A stretch of DNA of 63,195 nucleotides, filler included, from Salisapilia sapeloensis CBS 127946 (lineage: Eukaryota > Protista > Oomycota): assembly GCA_023334545.1 (NCBI GenBank). It is 10 parts of 10 records of this genome, joined end to end, with 100 filler letters (N's around TTAATTAATTAA, not from the genome) between each part and the next. Parts side by side here need not be neighbours in the genome. Positions count along the whole stretch, not along the records: positions 1 to 21,313 come from JAADVB010000288.1; 9 more parts are not named here. The stretch is one strand, 5' to 3'. The translations under genes were made by a program, and so were the position numbers. The notes beneath the pieces are model-generated. The model worked only from the letters and a program-made list of their open reading frames with translations, ran no database searches and was not told the DNA's origin. Of the stretch, positions 1 through 10,600 are shown piece by piece (positions within the stretch are counted from its first letter, which is position 1; every line of letters starts with the position of its first letter).

Positions 1-225
1 TAGCTGATTGTGGTTTGCCACTTGCCATTGGAAAGCCTACCCTAACATTTCAATATAGCTTTCCCGTCAAATTAGGAGTACACAAGCAAGTGATTGTTCG
101 TCTTGGATGCAATCATGAGGAAGCCATCTTCGAGAAGACTTCAAGGCACGCCTGGTGCTCGACATGTGCAAATTTGAAAAAGCGCGCGAAAGGTTTGGTG
201 AGCTCTTCGCTTTACTTGCGCTAGT

Positions 226-590
226 GAGCCCTTCGCTATTATTTCGGAACAGGTATCGTACAGTGTTAGACGAAATAATTGGTTGATATTTACGACTCAC
301 ACTGGACATCGTCCCTCTGAATTTGCGAAGAGCTCAATGTTGCAAGTAAACCGAATGACACTTCAACCTGAAGGGCTTCTGAGGATATGCTCGACATTAT
401 TCCACTCCAAAGCATGACAGGGGAACAGACGATAAACGTAGATAGGACTGGGAAGGAAACTAGCGGTGTAAGAGTAGGACGAACGGCCAAAGGCATGGCG
501 AGTGATTCCAAGTATATTTTACCCTTATTTGTTTTCATAATACCCGATTACCCGCTGAACGAACACGGTTTGAGTCGACTCTTGCCTTCT
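226..590. repeat. Degenerate dispersed repeat, second copy at about 36655-37015
   Basis: Shared blocks read by eye in the same order and orientation, e.g. gaagagctcaatgttgcaagtaaaccgaat vs gaatagctcaatgttgcaagtaaatcgaat and cttctgaggatatgctcgaca in both. Indels are present and no intact ORF is shared. Confidence 0.75.
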
Positions 591-1122
591 AGTTGAATTT
601 GTCAAGTATCGAAGTTACAGCAAAAGTTTCAATTTTGGAAATATGGCAATGAGCCTCGAAAGTAATAGGAAAGCATCGTAGCAGCGAAATCCATCACAAG
701 CGGGATGCTTCGCTATATCATCAATACTATACGCTCGTAAGCTAAACTAGATTGGCATATTGTAGTTACACTCCTTTACTTGTTATAAGCTAATTCCGAA
801 TTTCTCTGAGATATACTTTTAGCCATAAACTCTCCATACTGTCACCTAAAGCATCGCTAGACAATGAGAACAACCAGCGATGTGATACTCATCTAACGTT
901 CATGCTTACAAAAACAAAAGCTACCACTACTTTGCACGCAGACACTGAGCCACAACACGTCAACTTCACTCTATTTAATGTAGTCTCAAATTCCCAAGAA
1001 GAATGCAGTATAAATTGAATGTACATGAATACGTTTGAAAGCAGCCAGTTCATCTCTAAAACAGTACTATCTCGAGAGTACGCTTGGTCGTTCCGTATCT
1101 ATCGCATACAAGTATAGAAACA

Positions 1123-3390
1123 CTATTGCATCGGGACTACTTGGAGCTGATACACTTGTAAAGCCTGAGCTCGGTAGCAAGCAGCAGAGTGCAATAGGTA
1201 AAACTCCCACGTCCTTTTAAACGACCACGGCAGCGATCGAATCTTTTCCGCTCGGCGCAATCGCTCCCCGTGCGAAGTCGACCTCGCACGCAGTCGATCT
1301 AACGTCGCTTCGATCTCTTCATTCGTCTCAGCCGTCACGACTTCTTCGTCACTTTCGTTCCACCGCTCTTGGAACCGTCGATTCCATTCCAAGAACGTCT
1401 TCTCGTAATGGTCCGAGTACGACAGGACAGCTCGTAGTCGAAAGCTACTTTCTCGAAGCAAGAAACGAACGTGTGGGAGCGTGACTGCGATGCACGGGAA
1501 GGAACTATGGATGTACTTGTTCGTCCAAAGGTGGGTCGTGACGACCGACCCTGGACACGCAACAAATTCAAGTAGGGCCAGTCCGTCCGGTGTTTGGAGA
1601 CGGCGCAAAGTGCGAAGGAACCAGAGCATTTGCGGACGAGTGAGGGTTTCGAGAAGACCACTGCAGGTGATTCGTGTGAAACTCTTGTCTTCCAGGTTGC
1701 TTAACGCGGATAAGAGCTACATGAGAGAGATGTGTTAATAAAGGAAGAGAAGAACAATTGGTGAAGAGTATACTTTGGAAGGAGATGGAGCGACGATGAA
1801 CTCCATTCGATCAGCGACTTGGAGTTCCGAAGCGAACTTTCGAGCGTGGACTAGTTCCTGGATGGAGCTGAGGATAGACACGACGTGTACGTTGGGAGAT
1901 GACTCAGCCAAGTAGCATCCAACACCACCCCACGATCCCATACTCAAGTCCAACACTCGATGTGTCTTATCCTAATACAATTTGTATGGTTAATCATCAT
2001 CAAGTAGACAAGTAATATGCATTCTGTACCTCTAGTCGCAGTTTTTCCACAATATTCCGGAGCTTCCGTTCTTGTGCTTCCTACACATATTATTAATACT
2101 TTTCTTTTATGACAATAATTGAGAGAATATACTTCTAAAGTAGTCACTCCTTCGCTCCAGATACCAAAACTTTGGTGTAGATATCGGTCCATGTAATCCT
2201 TTCGGAATTCCGGGTTTAAATCAAATTGCTCTGCGACTGGACCGACGACGAGACCGACGGATGACGGAGCGTAGTTGAAGATACGTGCGGCGAGAGCGAC
2301 GATACGAGCGTTCCAGGATCTATACATCTCCCGGCGTGCTTCCAATGGTACGGTCATGATGCCAGTGATGACTTCGTCCAGGGGACGGTGGGAAGTAGCC
2401 CACAGACCACCGACATAGGACTCGCCGATCGCGATGAGACCGTCTCGCATCCAATCGAGCCAAAAGGCATCATTCCGAACGATTAAATCCTATGATAAAG
2501 CATATAAAGTACTGAATAAAAGTATCGATCGATGGTTAAATGTACCTGCGACGGCGTGATACCACCTGCGACGAGTAGATGTGCCATAAATTGCTTTGCA
2601 TTGCGCCGTAGTCGTGGTAGAATCAAAGATCTTAAAGCTTGTAGACTTATTAATATCGATCCAGCTAATGCAGTCGCAAAGTAGACCCAGAACGATCGCT
2701 ACATGACAAATCGTCTCTTGTCATTCAGTTATCTCGAGGATGGGAGAGAAGGATGCGTACCTGATCTGCTAGTACACTGAAGAGAGGAACGAGGAAATTG
2801 AGCATGAGCTCCATCTTATAGGCCGCATTCCAAAAGTTACGCGAGCGTGGTGGATTGAATCGATAGACGTGATCAGCTCGAGGGAAGAAGCCTGGTCCGG
2901 CGACGAAATAGCTCCAGACCTGAGATGCTCTATATGATGCATACTCTTTAGTCACTGCAGCGTAAAGATGAGAATACAATTGTACTTACGCTAGTGCTGG
3001 GATGCTCATCCAGATACGGACGAGTGGGAGGTAGCATGAGATGAGCATCATGGGCGCGACCAGGTGGATGAGTACGTCGACAACGCGAGCGAAGAGACCG
3101 AGCGACATGGAGCTAGCCCAATTGCCGAGCCATCCGTTGAGGAGAGCAGAGAAGGCTGTTCGATCGAGTGCGCGTAGTGAGTACCATCCGACCATGATGG
3201 TTGTGCCGGTCGTGGTCGCGATCCCGAGCGCTGCAGGAGAGGCGACGACGTGGGCTGCGACGGTGTACACGAGCCATGTGGAGGTGTACATGAGCTTAAC
3301 GCCGGCCATAGCCGGTAGGATCACGACGGAGAAGAGCAAGGCGATGGCCAAGGCCGCATCGGCCCCCGGGCCTCCTTCCGCTTCCAGCAT
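1123..3390 (-). CDS. Fusion of an N-terminal AIG1/FAR-17a-like multi-pass membrane domain with a cyclopropane-fatty-acyl-phospholipid synthase-like methyltransferase (about 640 aa, 7 exons)
   Basis: GT-AG exons 3390-2990, 2929-2761, 2698-2546, 2489-2133, 2080-2030, 1971-1774, 1716-1123 join into one open frame of 1923 nt. CFA-like motifs: DGLIAIGESYVGGLW, EAQERKL, VLDLSMGSWGG, DHYEKTFLEWNRRF, WEFYL, VYQL. Confidence 0.85.
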
Positions 3391-4601
3391 TCTTCCTCCG
3401 ATGCACACGAGCGTTTGAGCGACATCCGGCCTGTCACAGTGGCTTGACTTGGTTTCACTATGGCACTTCAAAAAGAGGAACTCGAGTCGATCGAGTGTAC
3501 GCTCGTCCAATTAGCGCCGACTTTCGGTGGAAATGGGTATTTGGAGAGGATACACGAAGCGAAGAGATGTACGAAAAACGTTTTTTTTCTCGACACGTGT
3601 GAATTGAGGGGATTTATATCCATGTAGATGGGAATCTTGGTAGATTTTAAATGATGTGAAAGGAAGACGATGATGGAAAGGAGGAGAGAGCTGCTTTGAC
3701 CATGTCGTATCATTTGCGTTTCGTTTCAAGATTGTGGTAGATACGACGGCACGAAAGACATACTTGGAAATGATGGGGTCACCGGTCTTTCGTGTTAGAG
3801 GCTGCCATTGCGTTTAATACGTCAAGCACGGCAGAGTGCACGAATAGATTCGCTATTATTCAAATACCATGTCCCTTCAGGCCTTGTATTCGTGGGCAAA
3901 ATGTTTGCTGGAACGCCACGACTTACTTTCGGTTGTAGATTTGTATGCAATGACCGGTTTACTTACATATCATCAACGTCTAAACTAAACACCCGATTAC
4001 TCGACGCAAGTTGGGTGGATCACACCCAGACATGTATGCAGAGTATAGACACCAGGTATCTATTGGACACTTCGGGCTCATTTGTGTTGTTGATCTACCT
4101 GAAAACAAGCAAATTTAAACACGTACGACATGGTATGCAAATACTGGCAATCTAAATATCTCTTTACTAAGGTTCAAGTTGTAGTCAGTTGAGCTAGTTG
4201 GAACTTCCAAAGTTTCGGTCGAGCGACGACGCAAGTTCATCGAATCGTAAGTTTAGTGTACATGCTCCGATAGGACGATGCATTTCGATCTGGATCAGTA
4301 TCTTTGTCATTCAATCAGCCTCTATGAGCTTTCCATGCCGGCAGCCATAACTCTACTTCAACCTATACTCCTAACGATTCAAGTGTAACCGTCGTTTTTA
4401 CAGTATTATGACATTGCTACTTGTCAAATACTCGATCAACATTCATCGGCACCAGACGTCAACCTTTACAAGTACAGTCAAAAACGACAAGATGCATGTG
4501 CGTGAACAGCAACTGATTCTCGAATTTGTTTATCCGGTTTTCTAAAGCCAGTAGTCTAGCTAGATGCTATCTAGTCACTTTCATATCCTCTTCAAGCGAC
4601 A

Positions 4602-7600
4602 TTAGTGACCTCCAGTGAAGTTATTGCTCGTGGCGTCATTCAACGAGTCGTTCGCGAGCTTAAGCAAGTCATTGTTCGAGTATCCGCGACGAGCCCTGTT
4701 ATTCAAGTCCCTCTGCGCCGCTTGTTCTTCCGAATGTCGATGCTCGTCCTGAATAATCACGCTCAGTCGATTCGACGCGTCTTGCAACGCCGTCAACTCC
4801 GTTTCACTGACGTTCCGCATCGCTTTGAGCGCGTTGTCACTAAGCGTGTGCGTGATGGCACTCGAGTCATGATACTGTCCATTCTTCTCTTCGCCACTAT
4901 CACTGCCATTCGCCAGTGTAAGCGCCGAGATCACTCGCTGTTGCTCGACAATGATGTCACGCATCTGGTGCAGAGACATATCATCTTGATCGTCTCGTCC
5001 TTGGTTCGTACGAAGAATGTCTTCGATGACGACACCTCGACTCAAAGCGTTGTTGTACAACAACCAGGTCTGGATCTTACCTGGCACATACAACGCCGAG
5101 AGAAGCAGGATGAAACCAAAGGAAACACCACCGAGGAGAACGTCATGGACATAGTAGAAGCTCGAGACACTACGAGAAGTTGCGCCGAAGACGAGTAGAG
5201 ACCAAGACGCAATTGCAGCAGCCAAGTAGATCATACTGAGCATACAGCGGAACATACCGTCCACGTACATGAAGAGCGTGATAATACCACCAGCACACAC
5301 GACGATCCAGATGGACTTGAGGAAACGCACGAGACCAGTTTCTCCTTGTCTTGTGTTAAAGAACAGAGACGAGATCGTCACGTAGACCAGAGCGATGCCA
5401 AAGGTGAGGGCAAACGGAAGCCACGTCTTCTTGTGCAAGAGCGAGTGGTATGAGTCGTTCGCAGCGAGGATCGCAAGAGCTAGACACATGTAGAGCACAC
5501 CCTTGGCAGCAATACAGAGCTTAGCCCACGTCCGTAGTTTCGAAAAGTAGGCATTCTCTTCTCGGAACCACGCTTCCCACGATTGTTCCGGGTTCCCTCC
5601 CGTTCCACGCATCCACTTGAGCCATACACGCAGATCGTCCGTGACGTCTGCCCATTCAAACGCGAGTGGGTTAAACCAGAACGGCGAGAAATACCAGGAG
5701 AAGGCAACGAGCCAGAGAGACCAGGTCATGGCAAAGTACTGATGTCCGATGGTGAAGAGCCAATAGACACTGAGACCGAACGCGATTTCAACAGCAGAGT
5801 ACAAGTGGCTGCTAGCGTAGAACCGATAGAGCTCATCGAATCGCGAGTGCTTCGTGACAAAGCCACGACCGGTCGCTCGGTACTTGGCACCACCGGCCAA
5901 GATGGTTTGACCGTAGTAGAACCACTTGGTGCCGATGTGGAAGAGGAAGTAGAACGGACCGCCAGTGACGACGATCATGAATACTTCCTTCAACGCTGCC
6001 TTGAACCCTCGTTCGACCGATATCGTCGCCATGAGCGGCGCAGTCGTGAAGAATGCGACGCATCCAAGCATGACTTGTAGGTTCGACAGCAGCACCGGTT
6101 CTCTTCCACCCACTCCTTCGAGTGCCATGAGAGCTCGGAAGATGTTGCAGTAGAGGAGGATGTATACCGTCCAGATGATGAGGGACGTCGTAAGGTAGAA
6201 TCCAACGTGGTTGTAGTAGAACGACAAGAGTTTGAAGAAATCAAGACGCTGGGCAATACGGTAGACGTCACGCGAGAGCGACTGCTCTGCAGCACCTTGC
6301 GCCAATTTCGCTTCGAACTTGTAGATCTGCTGCATACCGACATCTCGTCCCTTTCCAGCCTTGACGTACTCTGGGAACGCCACGGTGCCACCACGAAGAC
6401 AGTTGTTGTAGCCAGCGAAAATGTCTTCCGACAGATTGATACCTTTGCTTGCCTTGCTGATACCTCCACGTGTGATGAAGAAGAGTTTGTTAAAGACATC
6501 TGGATGACCATAGTGCATACGCACTCGCAGTGGATTCGTTAACGTCCGTTGACCAAGCGTGACGAAACTCGTTTCTTGGAGAGCCATGTAGTTCGCGAGG
6601 GAACTGACACTTCCAGTGAAAATATGCTCCGGCAGTCCGACAATTGTGGTCGGACGATCGGCTGAGCCAGAGTCAAACTCTTCCAAGAGATTACGCATCT
6701 TCAAAGACTCTTCAATGTACCCGTCTTGGTTCATATCAATCGTCTGCAAGTGTTCCCCTCGCGTGAATACGATCGCAGCGTTCTGATTCTCTGGCTTACC
6801 TTCTCCGAGGATCGGATTACCAGGCAATCGAATGCGATACACTTCTTCCACTTGTCCTTGCGTCTCACTTCCTTTGATCAAGACAGCAAAGTACGACTGT
6901 TCCTTTTGATAATTCACGCGAACTTCATCAATGTACGCGACACGAAGGTTCGGGAAGCGATGCAAGAGGTACTCGATATCTTGCGCTCTCGGATCGTTAT
7001 TCCGCTTTTGACGACCATATACTTGACACGCGACGACGTAGGTGAATTTCGTTCGTACGAGCTCTTCAATCTTTTCCGTAGGTACTTGCTCGATCTCAGC
7101 TAAGAGACGAATCGCAGCTTCACCGTACATCATGCCTTGCACCGTACGAGCAAGTGTCTGACCACGTAGACTAGCCCATAGTCGTAGCTCAGCCGCTGTA
7201 TCCGGGTTCTTCCACAAGTTCTTCTTGGGCTTCACGCGCTCGATAAAGTTCTCCCAGTCTTGTTGATAGACTGTTTGTAGGAACAAGAGCGTGTGGACGT
7301 CTAATCCATCTCGCTTCGACTCGAGATCTGTCTTGGAGTACAAGACGTCTTCAGCATAGAATGGCGTCATGACACTCCACGACTTCATCTCTTCCAGCAA
7401 CGGTGCGAGAGGCATGTCCATGAAGATCGAGTTCACAAAGAAGAGAAGACGTCTACGCGCATCATACGATCGAGGCTCCGCGTCCACTTTCTGTAACGTC
7501 AGGAGACCATGCAAGTGCTGTACGACGACATCTGCGTGCTTTTCAAACGCCGTGAGCGTCAATTGTTCACCAGCGTACTCGTCATCCCAGAAGAAACCAC

Positions 7601-10600
7601 GTTCTTGCGTCAGGATCCACGTGAGTCTATCAGCTAGACCACGGCTTTCAGCTTGGAGGTTATCAATGTCGTCCAAGCGCGTTAGCATGGTCTTTCCGAG
7701 ATTGAGGAACGTCCGGAGCTTGTCTCGGATCTGTACCAAGTGCGTGCCTGGGATGACATGCGACCCACCGCTCTTGCTCTTACTATCCTTCGGTTTCGAG
7801 TTACCTTGTTGCATGGCCGCAATACGGCCGATACCAGCGCCACGACTACGTCGAGGGACGGTGCCACCAAGAGATGACAGACCGGTGGTACTCGCAGACT
7901 TGGTCAATCCACTAGAGCTTGCTCCACGAAGACCTTGTTGCTGCGGGAACTGGTAGTTGGAATAGTCCGATGGATTCTTACGTACTGGAATGTACTTGGC
8001 GTTCTTCTTCCATCCACCAAGGTTGGAGCTTAGAGAAGATAGCAAGTCTGCTAATGCAAGCGCAAAGGGTCCGATCTTTCGAAGGTTGAGCGCTCGGAAA
8101 GCACCACGAGAAGCCCATGAGTTTAGTGTGCTGCAGATAAACTGAACGTCATTCGAGTGACAAGGTCCGAGGACGTTAATGAGCACCCATCTCGCAAGCT
8201 CCCACACTTCTTCCACTGCTTCTTCAAACATGACGTTTTCACCTAGAATCTCCAAGAGCGCGTCTTGTAGTGTTCGTTCCGTGACATCTTTCTCTCGACT
8301 GTAGACGTTTTCAACAGCATTACAGAACGATTCAAAGCATCCAGCGAGTTGGAATTGTGGCAAGTAGATCTCACGCTGGTATCCATCAAGACGTTGGAAG
8401 TGGAGAAGAGACTTTTCCTTGTTCGAAATCAAGTCATCTGCACGCATCGTATCGATCACGACATCCCATGCAACAGAGAAGGAGATCCACTTTTGACGAC
8501 GAGCTTGTAGGATCTCGTCTGCAGTCTGCTTGCGACGCGAAAAGGAGAGCAAAGGTGTCTGATCCGACTTGCCGTTCGTGCGTTTCATGGAGGAAGTTGC
8601 TGGGTCGCCAGTCACTTGGTCTAGAACTTCATGTCCTCGAATGGACGATACAGAGCCGTAAGAATCATGTCGAGACGACTTGTGTAGCTCACGTCCGGTC
8701 TTGGACTGTATCGAAATCAGCTTTGCGTTAAACACATCTGCGGCACGAGCAAAGGCAGCCCGAACGCGTGTAAAGTTACGAATTTCACCGATACGTGACG
8801 AGAATCCGACAAACGTGCCGGTGAAAGCAAGCCAGATACTGTTCCAGATCGTCATGTCGACGCAGTAGACGAGGAAGAATGGCATCCAATTGAGGAAGAT
8901 GAGGAAGGCTGTTGGGAGCATACCGACATTGTTCTCGACATGATCGGCGTACAACAAAAAGGTTGGTACGACGACAGGAGCAATCTCGAACTTGTAGCTA
9001 AAGAAGAGTTTCCACGTAAGGAGTGTGATCCAGAAGACGTAGTATCCAAAGCTTTGGGATGCAGTATCCAGGACGTTATCACCGACGTAGAGCCTGTTCA
9101 TAGGACTGAGCAAGTCGCGTGCGTAGGCGACGGGACCCCAGTGCGTGCGACGTAGCCAGTTCATGCACTGCGGCATGATCTGAAGGACGCTGTTGAAGAG
9201 TCCTGGTAGGTGGAGGAAGAGCATCGTGCTATAGTACGTCGCCCACCATGCACCTCCAAAGTTCAGTGCTTGCCAGTACAAGGCGATGCTGATGACAGTA
9301 AGACACAAGTGAGACAGCAAGAGAAGTGCATGTCGGACGAGATCGGACGTAGCCATACGAGCGTCGTAGATGGAGAAGATGTCGAGACCACCACGTAGGC
9401 CGTGCAGTACGAACGGCGTGATCAAGGTGCTCGAGATGACTTGCAAGGCATCCTCCAGATCCATTTCTTGCTTATTGGCAAATGCAAGAGCGACGAGGAA
9501 GTGGAAACTGACGACGTGGAACTCAAAGAGACGGAAGAACGCACGCAGAGATGCGAGCCATGTACGTTTTTCCAAGAACGACTTATCACATGATTCGCTC
9601 AGTTTCTCCGCAACACTTTTCGGTCCATTGGATTGAGAAGTGGTTTGGAAAAAGCCGGAGCGGTGTTTCTGGAAGAACGCAGGGTTTGGAGACGCGGCAA
9701 TCTCGTTCACGGCTTCATACTTGTAGTCGTACTCGAGACACGAAGCGTCCCAGAAGAACTCGTTAAAGTCATCGTACGTACGTCGATCTATATGATCGGC
9801 GTTACCGCCCATTTGAGACTTCATCAGACCGTAGATGGGCGTGATGACCGTATCTAAGAAGTGCCCTTCTTCACGCGTCGTCTGTCGTACACCAGGATAC
9901 TCTTGCTTCATCTTGTGGAAGAGGAAACAGAGGGATTCAGGGACATGACGCAAGTTACTAGCTTCACCCCAGATGAAGAAGAAGAGACATAGATCGACGG
10001 CAATTTCGTCCACTTCGGAAAGTCCGCTACGTGACGGTCGCGACTCGTTCCAACAAAGAGGTTCGACACGAAGTTTCATGCACCAGTTCTGGTAATTACC
10101 AAACACTTGGGCATGTAAAGCACGATATGCGTTTGCACCTTTACGACTGTTGTTCGCCAATAGGACAATAATGTGCTCTGCTTGGTTTCGAAGGTTTGTC
10201 GTTTGGAAACCAAACGTACGTTGGACGTTCGTCGCAGTCTTGATAACGTTACCAAACGGACGAAGGTGAGCTGGTAGAGCGTCTGGCGAAAAGTAGTTCG
10301 ACTTGTCGTTGTGTGCACTTTCGTCCTGATGACACCACGCACGAGCGTCGGATCCAGCCGAGATCGACGTGGACTTTGCTTTGGCGGAACGCACTTCAAA
10401 GACCGTTTTACCATGCGTCGAGTAGAACTGGAAGACTACACCAAGGATAGCGACACCAATGAACAACGCGTACAACAACAGACACTCATCTCCAGTACAC
10501 ACATGCTGGCTCTTGGGCTCTACGCCGCCAAGGAACAGACCTGATAGCTCCCAGACGTTCGCAGCAACGTCTCCAGAGTCAAACCAGTACGACAACGAGG

